A DNA stretch of 64,000 nt from contig CBDFKD010000002.1 in NCBI GenBank assembly GCA_965248695.1, positions 3,232,001 to 3,296,000 on the forward strand, in the 5' to 3' direction. Shown here in pieces: positions 1-10,888 of the stretch (positions within the stretch are counted from its first letter, which is position 1; every line of letters starts with the position of its first letter). Made by a program: the position numbers and the translations under genes. Source of the stretch: Acidobacteriota bacterium (GTDB taxonomy: Bacteria; Acidobacteriota; UBA890; WLXD01). The notes below the pieces were generated by a model. That model did no database searches. It was given only the letters and a program-made list of their open reading frames with translations, and was not told where the DNA came from.

Positions 1-36
1 ACCTGCGTCCGAGCTTCGTCCGGCTCGCCGGGGGCG

Positions 37-540
37 TCAGCCGAACAGGGTAGGCTGGGCTCCGGCCACCGCCAGTGAGCCTTCCAACTCCAGCAGGACG
101 CGCTTACGCTCGATACCGCCGCCGTATCCGGTCAGGCTGCCATCGGCGCCGATGACGCGATGGCACGGGATGATGATGGCGATGGGGTTGGCGCCGTTGG
201 CCAGCCCCACGGCTCGAGCGGCATTCGGATCGCCGACTCGACATGCAAGCTCTCCGTAGGAGATCGTGTTGCCGTACTCGATCCGGCGCAGTTGCTCCCA
301 GACTCGTTGCTGAAACGAGCTGCCAGACGGGGCCAGCGGCAAATCGAAGGACCGCCGTTCGCCGGCGAAGTATTCGCCAAGCTGCTCGGTTACGGCGGCG
401 AGCGCGTCAGCGTCCTCGACCCAATCCTCGCCAATCTCCCCGCACCTAGGTCCCTCGAACTCCAGCATCCGCAAGCCCGCCGGATCGATCACTCCCAGTA
501 GCCGGCCAACGGCGGATCCCATCCAGCTGTAATAGGTCAT
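37..540 (-). CDS. ogt: Methylated-DNA--protein-cysteine methyltransferase
   Basis: Active-site motif IIPCHRV, plus FQQRVW..L..I.YG.T.SY and ARAVG.ANG.NP; 167 aa. Confidence 0.95.
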   Translation of the reverse strand: MTYYSWMGSAVGRLLGVIDPAGLRMLEFEGPRCGEIGEDWVEDADALAAVTEQLGEYFAGERRSFDLPLAPSGSSFQQRVWEQLRRIEYGNTISYGELACRVGDPNAARAVGLANGANPIAIIIPCHRVIGADGSLTGYGGGIERKRVLLELEGSLAVAGAQPTLFG

Positions 541-567
541 GAGGCAAATCTCAACGATGACTCCGGA

Positions 568-1972
568 TCAGCGTCCGACCGCGAACAGGCTGTGCTCGCC
601 GCGCACGTACATCATGCCTTCAGACAGCGCCGGCGTGGCCATCAAGAGCTCGCCCATCGAGTTAGTGGCGATGTGCTCGTAGCTGCCGCCCGCCCGCAGC
701 ACCAGCATCTCGCCGTCCTCGCTGCAGATGTATATGCGGCCGTCGGCGGCGACCGGCGACGAGCTGAAGCCGGAACCCAGGTGCGGCAGTCGCACGCGAT
801 AGATCTCGCGGCCGGAGGACAGCTCGTAGGCATCGAAAACGCCGTTGTTGCCCAGAACGTAGAGCTCGTCGCCATAGATGAGGGGCGTTGGCATGTACGG
901 CCCCCTGCCCTGTGAGCTCCAGACGACATCGTCGTTCGAGGTCTGCCCCCCAGTGGGCGTGATGTCACCGCGGGCGCCGGGCCTCACGACGAAGATCGGG
1001 CGCTCGGGCCGACGACCACTGGCAACGACGATGAAGTCATCGTTGAACACCGGGGTCGGCGCGGTGATCTGGGAGCTACCGGCCAGACGCCAGAGCTCCT
1101 CGCCGGTCTCAGGGTCGTATCCGCAGACGTGATTTGACGAGTTGGTGATCAGCTCCGCAGCGACGGATCCGTCGTACACCGTCGGTGTACCCCATGACGG
1201 GAGCTCGTCTCGCGCGGCGCGCCAGATCGTCACGCCCGTCTGGGCGTCGAGGGCAACCAGGAAGTCATCGCCCTGAGTGTCGTATTGGACGAATACCCGG
1301 TCGTTCCAGAGAATCGGCGAGCTCGCCGGACCCCATTCATAGTCCGGAGCGTCGTAGGCGCCGATGTTCCACGCGGCCCGGGTCGAAGCTCCAGCGCGGC
1401 GTGCCATCCATGTCGAAGGCGAACAGACCTTGCGATCCGAACGAGGCCACCAGCGTGCGGCCATCGGTGGCCGGGGTCGAGCTCGCGTAGGTCGACTTGA
1501 CGTGGCGCGTGTCGATCGGCTCCCCCTCGTAGGCGACCCGTTCCCAGACAGTTTGGCCGTCGTGCTTGTCGATCGCGAACAGCATCCAGCGCTGCACCGA
1601 GCGATCGGCGGAGGCGTCGCCATCGCCGTAGAGCCCGGGTCGGAAGCTGACATCGTCGCGGCTGCTCAACGCCGAGGTGACGTACACCCGGTCGCCCCAG
1701 ACCACCGGGCTGGAATGAGCCAGCCCGGGAACGGAGATCCGCCAGCGGATATTGGCACCCGTCTCCCCATCCCAGGTATCGGGCAGGTCTTGCCCGTCGG
1801 CAACGCCGGAAGCGCTCGGACCACGGAACGTCGGCCAGTTGCCGTCGGCGACAGGCGCGGCAGGCGAACCCGTCGCCAGCAGGACCGCCAAAGCGACCGT
1901 TGCCGGGACGCCAACTACTCGGAGTGCTCGGATTCGGTACAGATCGCCCGCACCGCTGGCCGGTCGGTCCAT
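568..1972 (-). pseudogene. PQQ-like beta-propeller repeat protein, frameshifted (real or a sequencing error)
   Basis: N-half (signal peptide, [19 protein letters not shown]) is in ORF 1337..2020 and C-half ([30 protein letters not shown]) in ORF 568..1653; removing one base at 1369-1370 joins them as ...FDPGRV-NIGAYD...; start codon uncertain. Confidence 0.85.
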
Positions 1973-2069
1973 TGACAGAAGTTTGACGGAACCAAGCGCA
2001 CGCCACATGCGTCCAATCAAAGGAAGCTGCTCCCCTGCGATGCCATCCCCGATCGCAGGTCAGATTGAC

Positions 2070-2324
2070 ATGCCTTCTAGAATGCTAACTGTACCCGTGC
2101 TGGGGGGTCTCTTCCTCATGGTAGTCATTGCCGGCGCCGCTGCATTGACGGCTCCGGAGCCAGAGTTCGCCGGTCCGATGACATCCGCAACGGAGCCGAT
2201 CGGCAACGAATGCGCCGACAACGCGGCGATAGCACCGAGCAGCGTCGCCGACGAGGCCCCACCCAATGTGAACGGTTTCATCGACTGTCTGCGGGTCAGC
2301 GGCCACGGCAAAATCGAATCGTGA
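2070..2324 (+). CDS. Small hypothetical exported protein (84 aa)
   Basis: ATG at 2070, hydrophobic N-terminus ([18 protein letters not shown]), two Cys, fills the gap before lepB. Confidence 0.4.
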   Translation: MPSRMLTVPVLGGLFLMVVIAGAAALTAPEPEFAGPMTSATEPIGNECADNAAIAPSSVADEAPPNVNGFIDCLRVSGHGKIES

Positions 2325-2428
2325 TGTCACCCGCTACGGATCACCCTCGCCGGCGCTACAAAGTCCGCGGGGGTGATCCGCGGGCCGGCTAGCACTCGGT
2401 GTGGGCGAACGTGCAGAATCCCAGGACA

Positions 2429-3028
2429 ATGGATAGTCGGGTTCGCTCCATCGGCAGAGAGATCGTCGCCATCGCCGCACTGGCATTGGTGCTGTTCTCC
2501 GGACGGTCGTCGCTTGCCGACCACTACGTCGTGCCGACCAGCTCGATGGAGTACACGCTGATGCCCGGGGATCGCGTGCTGGTCAACAAAACCGCCTACG
2601 GCATCCGCGTGCCGTTTGTCGGCTGGCAGCTGACCGAGGGGAACACCCCGCACGCCGGTGAGGTGGTGGTGTTCGATTCCCCCGAGAGCGGCAAGCGGCT
2701 GATCAAGCGTGTGGTAGCGGTGGACGGCGACGAGGTCGAGATCCGGCGCGGCGAGCTGCTGGTCAACGGTGAGAGCAGAAAGATCGACGAGGACGCCTGG
2801 ATCGAGGGCTTCGGTGATCGACGGGCCGAGCTCAACCTGTCGAACGGCGGCGGCGGGCCCTATGGTCCGGTGATCATCGAGGCGGGCCATGTGCTGGTGA
2901 TGGGCGACTATCGCGGCAACAGCCACGACGGCCGCATGTTCGGCCGTATCTCCGAGGCGAATATCTACGGTCGCGCGATCGCCGTATTTCTGCGACGGGG
3001 CGAGGGGTTCGTCTGGCGACGTCTCTGA
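2429..3028 (+). CDS. lepB: Signal peptidase I (S26)
   Basis: TM anchor, catalytic Ser in VPTSSMEYTL..GD, Lys in LIKRVVA, MGDYRGNSHDGR.FG box. Confidence 0.93.
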   Translation: MDSRVRSIGREIVAIAALALVLFSGRSSLADHYVVPTSSMEYTLMPGDRVLVNKTAYGIRVPFVGWQLTEGNTPHAGEVVVFDSPESGKRLIKRVVAVDGDEVEIRRGELLVNGESRKIDEDAWIEGFGDRRAELNLSNGGGGPYGPVIIEAGHVLVMGDYRGNSHDGRMFGRISEANIYGRAIAVFLRRGEGFVWRRL

Positions 3029-3143
3029 GCCGTCGTTCGCTGCCTCCCGACGGACCAAGCGCCAGACGCCGCGATATAGTGCGCGCCAACGCTATCTGCT
3101 ACCGGCGATCGGGCGCCGATCTCACCTATCGAGGAGCCGTCGA

Positions 3144-3629
3144 ATGAGCCTGTTCAGTTTCGTCAAGGAAGCCGGCGAGAAGCTTCTCGGTCTCGACGAC
3201 GACGAGCCCGAGGCAGCCGATGTTCCGGAGGTCAAGCCGGCGGGCGCCAACACATCGGCGGCGACGCTGCACCTGATGCTGACCAAGTACGAGCTGGCAC
3301 CGGACGACCTCAGCATCGGATACGCCGAAGGCGTGGTGACCGTGCAGGGAACCGCGACCTCCGCCGAGCAGCGCGAGAAGATCATCCTGGCGGTCGGCAA
3401 CGTCCACGGCGTGTCGCAAGTCGACGACCAGATGAGCCTCGAAGGCGACGCCCCCGATCCGACGTTCTACACCGTCGAGCGTGGCGACACCCTGTCGGGC
3501 ATCGCCAAGGCGCAGTACGGCAACGCAATGAAGTACATGGTGATCTTCGAGGCCAACCGCCCGCTGCTCGACGACCCCGACCGTATCTACCCGGGTCAGA
3601 TGCTGCGCATTCCGCCGCTGGAGGATTAG
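3144..3629 (+). CDS. BON-LysM protein (YgaU/Kbp-like)
   Basis: MSLFSFVKEAGEKL N-terminus, BON (EKIILAVGNVHGVSQVDD), LysM (YTVERGDTLSGIAK..YG, IYPGQMLRIP); GAGGAG RBS. Confidence 0.93.
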   Translation: MSLFSFVKEAGEKLLGLDDDEPEAADVPEVKPAGANTSAATLHLMLTKYELAPDDLSIGYAEGVVTVQGTATSAEQREKIILAVGNVHGVSQVDDQMSLEGDAPDPTFYTVERGDTLSGIAKAQYGNAMKYMVIFEANRPLLDDPDRIYPGQMLRIPPLED

Positions 3630-5098
3630 TCGAGCTGCTGCCGGCCGGCTGCGAAGTCGATGATCCGCTCCGCGGTGTCGCCGACGCCGAGAGTGATCTC
3701 GAAACGCCGTTCGCGACGCTCGCCGCCGACCTCGCGAACGGTCGCGGTGAATATCCCCGGTAACAGCACCCAGTCATTCGGGTTCGAGCTGTCGGACGTG
3801 TAGGTGCGTCCCCGCGCCACCTCCTGTCCACTGGCATCGCGCACATTGACCACCGCGTCGACGAGATCGGCGCCGTCGCGGGCGCCGATTCGGAGTACGC
3901 CCGAGTCCCAGCTGACCCGCTGCGCGGTGCGCTCGCCAGGCTGCACGACGATGCTCTCGATCCGTTCGCTCGGCCGCCCTGAGATCTCGACCGAGCCGAC
4001 GGCGATGTCGTAGACGCCGGGGGTGAGCCGATAGACGGCCGGGTTGCTCGCTTCCCTCGTGTAGGAGCGGCCCCCCGCAACGCGGTCGGTAGTACCGGCC
4101 GAATAGACGTTGACGGTCGCATCCGACAGCTCGCCGTTGCGGAGCACCTCGATAGCGATCTCGCCGGAGCTGAAGTCGACCTCGCGCTGGACGATACCGC
4201 CGTCGGTGATCGTGAGCTGGAATGCCTGCTCGGTGTTGCCGCGCAGCTCGAGCGCGCGCACACGCACGTCGTAGGTCCCGTCCTCCAGCGGCACGGTCCG
4301 CGGGTTGGTCGCGGGCGAACGGTACGTGCGGCTGAACGAGACGTCGGCACCGGTGGCTGCGTCGAGAATGCTGACACCCACATCGGTGAGCTCGCCATCG
4401 GCCACCGCCTTGAGCACCAGGCCGCCGTCGGGAATCTCGGCCGGTGCCGCCACCGCACTCTCTAGTGCGGCGCCGAGCGCGTCGGCGCTGTTGACATCGA
4501 AGTACTGACCGCCGCCAGCCTGCGCCATGCACTCCAGCTGCGCCAGCTCCTGCTCCTCTCCCTCGACGCCGAAGCCGACGACGTGCATGACAAAATCGAT
4601 GCCGGATGCGCGCGCCTCTCGTACGGCGGCGCACGGATCACCACCACACGTCTCCAGCCCGTCGCTGACCAGGATCACCAAGGCCGGGTCGGGATGCTGG
4701 CGTAGCCCTTCGAACGCCTCGTTGACCGCCCTGGTTATCGGCGTGCGACCCTTCGGGTTGAGGCCCTCCACGCTGGTACGCATTGCCGCCTTGTCGAGCG
4801 GGCCGAGCGGCAGAATCGTCTCGATGTCCTCGCAGTCGCCCTCGCGTCGGTGACCATAGGCCACCAGACCGCCTTCGCTGTCGGCAGACAGACCGTCGAT
4901 GAGATCGCCGAGCACACGCCGCGCGATGACGATCTTGTTCTCCCCGTCGATCTGCCCCCACATCGAGCCGGAGGCGTCGAGGATCAGCAGCAAGTCAACG
5001 TCTGCCGCTTGTGCCGCGGCGCCGTCCCCGGGCTGGATTACGAGCGCGCTGAGCGCGGCCAAAAGCGTGATCGTCAGGATCGCCGTCGATCGTCGCAT
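3626..5098 (-). CDS. Secreted VWA-domain protein with three C-terminal beta-sandwich repeats
   Basis: Signal peptide; MIDAS LDASGSM, G.TP, SDGLETCGGDPC; three repeats of R(T/S)Y....(T/S)NP....L..G.(Y/F). Confidence 0.85.
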   Translation of the reverse strand: MRRSTAILTITLLAALSALVIQPGDGAAAQAADVDLLLILDASGSMWGQIDGENKIVIARRVLGDLIDGLSADSEGGLVAYGHRREGDCEDIETILPLGPLDKAAMRTSVEGLNPKGRTPITRAVNEAFEGLRQHPDPALVILVSDGLETCGGDPCAAVREARASGIDFVMHVVGFGVEGEEQELAQLECMAQAGGGQYFDVNSADALGAALESAVAAPAEIPDGGLVLKAVADGELTDVGVSILDAATGADVSFSRTYRSPATNPRTVPLEDGTYDVRVRALELRGNTEQAFQLTITDGGIVQREVDFSSGEIAIEVLRNGELSDATVNVYSAGTTDRVAGGRSYTREASNPAVYRLTPGVYDIAVGSVEISGRPSERIESIVVQPGERTAQRVSWDSGVLRIGARDGADLVDAVVNVRDASGQEVARGRTYTSDSSNPNDWVLLPGIFTATVREVGGERRERRFEITLGVGDTAERIIDFAAGRQQLD

Positions 5099-5185
5099 CG
5101 CACTCTCCAGGTTCCGTCGCGTATTGAGGCCGCAACGGTAGCAGGAGTCGGGCGCACACTGAGCTTGCGAGCGGCGGCGATGCCT

Positions 5186-6685
5186 CTAGTAGCGATACTC
5201 GTCGGGCTTGTACGGACCGTCGATATCGACGCCCAAATAGTCCGCCTGCTGCTGAGTCAGGCGCGTGAGATCAACGCTCAGGTGCTCCAGGTGTAGCCGG
5301 GCGACCTCCTCGTCGAGCTTCTTGGGGAGCACGTAGACGTGCTTGCCAAAGCCCTCGTCGTTCTTCCAGAGCGCCATCTGGGCGAGCACCTGGTTGGTGA
5401 ACGACGCCGACATCACGAAGCTCGGGTGGCCGGTAGCGCAGCCCAGGTTCATCAGGCGCCCCTCGGCCAACACGAGCACGCTGTGGCCATCGGCAAAGGT
5501 CCACTCGTCGTACTGCGGCTTGACGTTGACCTTCTCGATCCCGGGCATGCGAGCAAGACCCGCCATGTCGATCTCGTTATCGAAGTGGCCGATGTTGGCG
5601 ACGATGGCCTTGTCCTTCATCGACGCCATGTCGTCGGCGGTGATGATGTCGAAGTTCCCGGTCGTGGTTACGAATATGTCGGCCGACTCGACGACGCTCT
5701 CGAGCGTACGGACCTCGTAGCCTTCCATTGCCGCTTGCAGGGCGCAGATCGGATCGATCTCGGTGACGATCACCCGGGCTCCCTGACCGCGTAGCGCCTG
5801 AGCGCACCCCTTGCCGACCTCTCCGAAGCCGCACACGACGGCCACCTTGCCGCCGATCATGACGTCGGTGGCCCGGTTCAGCCCGTCCACCACAGAGTGG
5901 CGGCAGCCGTAGATGTTGTCGAACTTCGACTTGGTGACCGAGTCGTTGACGTTCATCGCCGGCACCAACAGCGTGCCGGCCTTCTCCATCTGACGCAGCC
6001 GGTTGACACCCGTGGTGGTCTCTTCCGAGACGCCACGCAGCGACTCGGCGATCGTGCGCCAGCGCTGCGGATCGCGCTCCAGCTCACGGCGGAGCAGGTC
6101 GAGGATCACGCCCCACTCCTCCGGATCGGAGTCGGGATCGAAGTCCGGCACTGCGCCGGCCGCCTCGAACTCGACACCCTTGTGGATCGCCAGCGTGGCG
6201 TCGCCGCCGTCGTCGACGATCAGGTCCGGACCCGAGCCGTCGGGCCACATGAGCGCCTCCGACGTGCACCACCAGTACTGCTCGAGGCTCTCCCCCTTCC
6301 ATGCGAACACCGGCACGCCGCGAGGACTCTCGACCGTGCCACCCGTTTCGGGGCGCCCAACCGCAACGGCGGCCGCGGCCGGGTCCTGGGTGGAAAAGAT
6401 GTTGCAGGAAACCCAGCGCAGGTCAGCGCCCAGGTCGGCCAGGGTCTCGATCAGCACTGCCGTCTGCACTGTCATATGCAGGCTGCCCATGATCTTGGCG
6501 CCGGCCAGCGGCTGCTCTTCACTGTAGCGGCGGCGAACCTCCATCAGGCCGGGCATCTCGTGCTCTGCGAGGGTGATCTCCTTGCGGCCGAGCTCGGCCA
6601 GCGACAGATCCGCGACCTTGAAAGGCTCGCGCTCGGCTGCGCTGGCGGCGTCGAAGGCATGCATCTGTTCGGCAACGGTTTCCAT
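5186..6685 (-). CDS. ahcY: Adenosylhomocysteinase
   Basis: [66 protein letters not shown]; start set at the ATG after an AAGGGAG RBS. Confidence 0.98.
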   Translation of the reverse strand: METVAEQMHAFDAASAAEREPFKVADLSLAELGRKEITLAEHEMPGLMEVRRRYSEEQPLAGAKIMGSLHMTVQTAVLIETLADLGADLRWVSCNIFSTQDPAAAAVAVGRPETGGTVESPRGVPVFAWKGESLEQYWWCTSEALMWPDGSGPDLIVDDGGDATLAIHKGVEFEAAGAVPDFDPDSDPEEWGVILDLLRRELERDPQRWRTIAESLRGVSEETTTGVNRLRQMEKAGTLLVPAMNVNDSVTKSKFDNIYGCRHSVVDGLNRATDVMIGGKVAVVCGFGEVGKGCAQALRGQGARVIVTEIDPICALQAAMEGYEVRTLESVVESADIFVTTTGNFDIITADDMASMKDKAIVANIGHFDNEIDMAGLARMPGIEKVNVKPQYDEWTFADGHSVLVLAEGRLMNLGCATGHPSFVMSASFTNQVLAQMALWKNDEGFGKHVYVLPKKLDEEVARLHLEHLSVDLTRLTQQQADYLGVDIDGPYKPDEYRY

Positions 6686-6739
6686 GGTTCTGGCTCCCTT
6701 GTGCGGCGGACCGATCCGTTCGCCACGTTGGATCATCGA

Positions 6740-7711
6740 CTATTCGTTGATCGCCGCTCGACGTGCCGAGGCGACGAAGATGGCCGGGCCCGAGGCATCG
6801 GGATCCGGTGACAACTCTTGGTAGGTCATCGATTCGAGCCCGGCCTGCGCCAGCCACTCGGCGATCTGGTGGCGCTGGAATCCGAGCCAGGCGTGACCCA
6901 TGTCGTGCCGGTATGCGCGCCGGTCGTGCGGCGTCATATCGGCGAGCAGCAGGCGGCCGCCGGGGCGCACCGAACGTGCGGCTTCCGCCAGAGCGACCTC
7001 GGGCTGAGCGACGTAGTGCAACACCAGAAACATGACGGCGATGTCGAGCTCACCGTCGGCCAGCGGCAAGGCCTCCAGCCGACCTTCTCGGACATCGACG
7101 TTGTCGAGCTCACGAAGGCGGTCGCGGGCGGCGAGCAGCATCTCGCGCGAGCCGTCTACCGCTACGACGCTGCGAACGAACGGAGCGAGTGATTCCGACA
7201 CCCGTCCCGTCCCACAGCCCAGGTCACCGACTACCCAGTCGGGATCCGCCAGCCCGAGGAGCGCCTGCAAGTCGACACGTTCCCCGAACATGTCCCGCCG
7301 CAGCCGATCCCAGTCGCCTGCCGCAGAGGCGAAGAACTCCTGGGCGCGGCTGCGGCGATTGGTCAGCACGGTGGTCACCCGAAGGGCGTCCTGGCGTGCT
7401 GCAGGCAAACACATCGAGCGCTCTCGTACGAGCGCCCAGAGCTCTGCCGCCTCCGGATCCAGACCACGGGCGGCCATGCGGTAGCGGCGGCTGGTGCCGT
7501 CCGGCAACCCGACCAACCAGCCGTCCTCGACCAGCAGCTTCAGATGCCGGCTTACCGTCGACTGCGGCATCTGCAGCACGGTGCACAGCTCACCGACCGT
7601 GAGCTCGTGGCTCTCGAGCACCAGCAGCAAACGCGTGCGCGTCGTGTCGGCGAGATTCGCCAGCAGATCGAAGATGCGGGGCTCGTCGAACGCGGCAGTT
7701 GATCCGTTCAT
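6740..7711 (-). CDS. sahR: ArsR-HTH + SAM-binding methyltransferase-fold regulator (SahR-like)
   Basis: ELTVGEL......PQSTVSRHLK HTH, VGDLGCGTG SAM motif, immediately upstream of ahcY. Confidence 0.85.
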   Translation of the reverse strand: MNGSTAAFDEPRIFDLLANLADTTRTRLLLVLESHELTVGELCTVLQMPQSTVSRHLKLLVEDGWLVGLPDGTSRRYRMAARGLDPEAAELWALVRERSMCLPAARQDALRVTTVLTNRRSRAQEFFASAAGDWDRLRRDMFGERVDLQALLGLADPDWVVGDLGCGTGRVSESLAPFVRSVVAVDGSREMLLAARDRLRELDNVDVREGRLEALPLADGELDIAVMFLVLHYVAQPEVALAEAARSVRPGGRLLLADMTPHDRRAYRHDMGHAWLGFQRHQIAEWLAQAGLESMTYQELSPDPDASGPAIFVASARRAAINE

Positions 7712-7742
7712 GCGGATAGACTGATGGACTTTGCCGCGCCTG

Positions 7743-8846
7743 TCAAGACCTCCAGATGCGCGCCACCCCGACGGTCAGCAAGGGCACCGCGAACAGCGCC
7801 AGGAATCCGTAGGCCATCAGCGTGTAGCCCTGTGCCACCAGGGCGATGATGCCGAGCTGGGACAGCACCGCTGCGGCCACCAGCAAACCGACGCTGATCA
7901 GGCCAGCCGCCTGCGGTCCGAGCGCCTCGCCCCCGGACTCGACGCGGTTGACAGAGATGCGATCGATCAGCGCATGGATCATGCCCACGCTGGTCTCCAC
8001 CAGGGTCCAGAGGACCACCACGGCGTAGAACGCGATCAGCCAGCTCCCTCCGGTGCGCTCGAGCATCGACAGCCAGGGAACTTCGGCGCCCAGGACATCG
8101 GGATCCGGATAGAACGCCAACACAGCCAGGAACGTGAGCACGAACGGAATCGTCGACAGCAACCCTGTGATCAGCCCGGCTCCGAGCGCCTGCCGGCGCG
8201 AGGTGTGGCGGTCGATGACGAACAGCGTGCTCGGGAGCCCCGCCAGGTTGTAACCAACATATAGAAGCCCGGTGCCGAGGATGGTGCTCAGCGAGGCCTC
8301 CGCCACGTACGACGAGTCGCCGCTGGCCAACACGCGGCCGGGTGCCGGTCCCGACCGACTCAATACGGCCCAGGCGAACGCCGCATAGCCGACGTACAGA
8401 AGCGCCGAGCCGACGGTCTTGAACGCTTCGATGGTGGCGCGGCCGCGCGCGTTGATGACGCCGACCAACACGACGACGAACCCGACACCGAGCCAATACG
8501 GCATCCCGAGCACACGCTCGCCGACGCTACCGGTGGCGGCGCTGACCACAGCGATCACGATCACGACCATGGCGACATACAACGCGTCGAACAGCGGCCA
8601 GGCGGGACCGATGAGCTCGCGCACCAGGGTCCGATAATCGAACGCGCCGGTAACCCGTGCGAACTCGTAGCAGATCGCGGACATCAGCGCGAAGCCGAGC
8701 CCGATCGCCGCAACGCTCCACAGGCCGGCGGCACCGAACTTGGCACCGTACTCGACGATCTCACGGCCGGTGGCGTATGCCCCGCCGATGAGCACTGACT
8801 GGAAGATGATGCCCGGCAGCACGTACAGCTGGTAGGCACGCTTCAT
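7743..8846 (-). CDS. YkvI-like multi-TM membrane protein / putative amino-acid transporter
   Basis: FQSVLIGGAYATGREIVEY N-terminal motif, LYVGYN, about 10 TM helices. Confidence 0.75.
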   Translation of the reverse strand: MKRAYQLYVLPGIIFQSVLIGGAYATGREIVEYGAKFGAAGLWSVAAIGLGFALMSAICYEFARVTGAFDYRTLVRELIGPAWPLFDALYVAMVVIVIAVVSAATGSVGERVLGMPYWLGVGFVVVLVGVINARGRATIEAFKTVGSALLYVGYAAFAWAVLSRSGPAPGRVLASGDSSYVAEASLSTILGTGLLYVGYNLAGLPSTLFVIDRHTSRRQALGAGLITGLLSTIPFVLTFLAVLAFYPDPDVLGAEVPWLSMLERTGGSWLIAFYAVVVLWTLVETSVGMIHALIDRISVNRVESGGEALGPQAAGLISVGLLVAAAVLSQLGIIALVAQGYTLMAYGFLALFAVPLLTVGVARIWRS

Positions 8847-10795
8847 GGCCGACCGGGGTCCGCGCCCAGGTTCAATCGCCAGAGGCTCTGTCCGGCATCG
8901 CGCGGATTACGGAACAGCAGGTTGGCGTGGCGGCGCATGAACTCCGCCAGCAACTGCCCTTCGCGCGGCGCCAGGGCGTCTGGGGAGAGGGTGAGCTCCT
9001 CGTCGATCATCAGATGGGTAATGCCCTGGTCGCGAAAATAGGTGGCAATGTCGGCCGGACCGGTGGCAGCCGCCAGCGCGCGCTCCAGACGATAGTGCTC
9101 GAAGGTGTAGTCCGAGCGCCAGCCGTTGGGGAACGGCGTCATCTCACCCCGACCGGGCAGGTCGAGCAGGTATCCCCAGGTGCGCATGTTGACCAGGTAC
9201 AGACGATCGCCGGGGCCCAGTCGCTGACTAGCCTCGCGATAGATCTGATAGGGGGGCAGCCGACGCGTCAGGTATTGCTCGCGGCTCTCGTGACCCAACC
9301 AGAACAGATACACCCGGCGCGAGTGCACCTCGTCGAGCGCCACGAAGACGTTGATCGCCACCAGCAACGCGATGGCCGCCGTCCACAGCAGCCTGAAGCG
9401 GTCCGACGCTGCCACCGTCACCAGCACCGCCGCCATCGGCAACACCGGAAGCAAGAAGCGCACCTGGGTTGTGGTCAGTGACCAGTAGAAAATGAACCCG
9501 GCCGCGAAAACGCCCAGCATGCGAACGTCGCGATGCCGGCCGCGCGCCAGGAATGCCAGCGGCGCCAACAAGAACCCGCTGCCGACAACCCCGTCATAGG
9601 CCGTGTAGTTGGCAGCGGCAGAGGTGAACACCCAGACCATCGCCATCAGCCGCTCCCAGAGGACGCGGTCGTGGCCGACCCCGTACTGCCGTTGCCAGGC
9701 GAGCGCGAGCTCTGACTGGTGCACACTCCAGTTCACCGCATCGGTGAGCTCGAACGGGCCCATACGGAAGGGAAACAGCGGCCAGCCGGTGATGCTCCAC
9801 GTACGCGCCAGGTAGGGAGCGAACATCAGCAATGCGATCGCACCGATCGCGACAGTTCCGTACGGGATCTCGCGTGCCCGGGTGCGTAGATGTTCTACGA
9901 GCACCACGAGCACGAGCAACAGAACGAGCTGCAGCGCCGTGTACTTGACCGTCCATGCCGCGCCGGCCATCAAGCCGGCAAACACCGCCCAATGGAGCGC
10001 GGCCGCCTCGCTTTCGTGCCGCTCGCTGACATAGCGCATCGTACCGATGAGAGCCAACAGGGCGTACAGCGTGAAGTTCATGTCGATGTACGCCCAGTGC
10101 CCGGTCACCATCACCGTCGGCACGGTCATGAATAGCGCAGTTCCGAGCACCGCCGCGCGGCTGGAAGCCAGGGTGCTCGCGTAGCCGTACAGCGCGCTCA
10201 TCACCAGACCGAGATAGAGCAGATGGAACATTCGTGCCGCAGTCTCGCCAGCAACCCCGAGGCCGAAGGTGAACAACATCTGGGGACCCATCGGGTAGTA
10301 GGCCAGCACGTTGTCGGTGAACACCGGCAGATAACCCACCCGGAGTAGCTGCGCCGGCACCTCGAGGTGGTAGACCATCTCGTCGAGCGACGTCGGCGGC
10401 AGCGTCGCGCCCATGAACATCCAACCGAAGTACGCCACGGCGCCGAGCGTGCCGAGCATCACCCAGCGGTCGGCACGAACCGCGCCGAGCGCCGCCCAGC
10501 CGGCGCCCGCCAGCTCGCGAGCTCCTGTCAGTGCCATCAACGCCAGCACGCCCAGCAGCGCCCACAGCAAACGCGGCGACAGGACTCCGCCGACGGGCAG
10601 CACGTAACCGACCATCGCAACGCCGTAAAGCAGATAGGAGATCAACAGCAAGCCGACGCCGGTCTCCGCCGCCAGCTGCACACCGCCGTGTCCCAGGCGC
10701 CAGCGCGCACCGATCAGCCGCCGACCGATCTGGTGCGACGCCAGCGCGGTCACCACGACCTGCAACAGTGCGAGCGTCGCCATCTCCACCCCCAA
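8843..10795 (-). CDS. Polytopic GT-C-like membrane glycosyltransferase (ArnT/PMT-like)
   Basis: PP...DEMVYHL..P loop, YP, AYID, KYTA, QVRFLLP motifs; many TM helices; 4 bp overlap with the downstream gene. Confidence 0.65.
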   Translation of the reverse strand: MGVEMATLALLQVVVTALASHQIGRRLIGARWRLGHGGVQLAAETGVGLLLISYLLYGVAMVGYVLPVGGVLSPRLLWALLGVLALMALTGARELAGAGWAALGAVRADRWVMLGTLGAVAYFGWMFMGATLPPTSLDEMVYHLEVPAQLLRVGYLPVFTDNVLAYYPMGPQMLFTFGLGVAGETAARMFHLLYLGLVMSALYGYASTLASSRAAVLGTALFMTVPTVMVTGHWAYIDMNFTLYALLALIGTMRYVSERHESEAAALHWAVFAGLMAGAAWTVKYTALQLVLLLVLVVLVEHLRTRAREIPYGTVAIGAIALLMFAPYLARTWSITGWPLFPFRMGPFELTDAVNWSVHQSELALAWQRQYGVGHDRVLWERLMAMVWVFTSAAANYTAYDGVVGSGFLLAPLAFLARGRHRDVRMLGVFAAGFIFYWSLTTTQVRFLLPVLPMAAVLVTVAASDRFRLLWTAAIALLVAINVFVALDEVHSRRVYLFWLGHESREQYLTRRLPPYQIYREASQRLGPGDRLYLVNMRTWGYLLDLPGRGEMTPFPNGWRSDYTFEHYRLERALAAATGPADIATYFRDQGITHLMIDEELTLSPDALAPREGQLLAEFMRRHANLLFRNPRDAGQSLWRLNLGADPGRP

Positions 10796-10888
10796 TTCCG
10801 CGCCAATGGGGCCACCGGCCGCTACAATGAACGAACTTGAGATTCGTTCGAACCCCCGAGATCCCCACCTCGGCCGAGGAGCCTTCCG

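Noticed and set aside
6686-6739. SAH/SAM riboswitch before ahcY
   Set aside because: Only 54 bp with one weak hairpin, no recognisable consensus, and a protein regulator is adjacent
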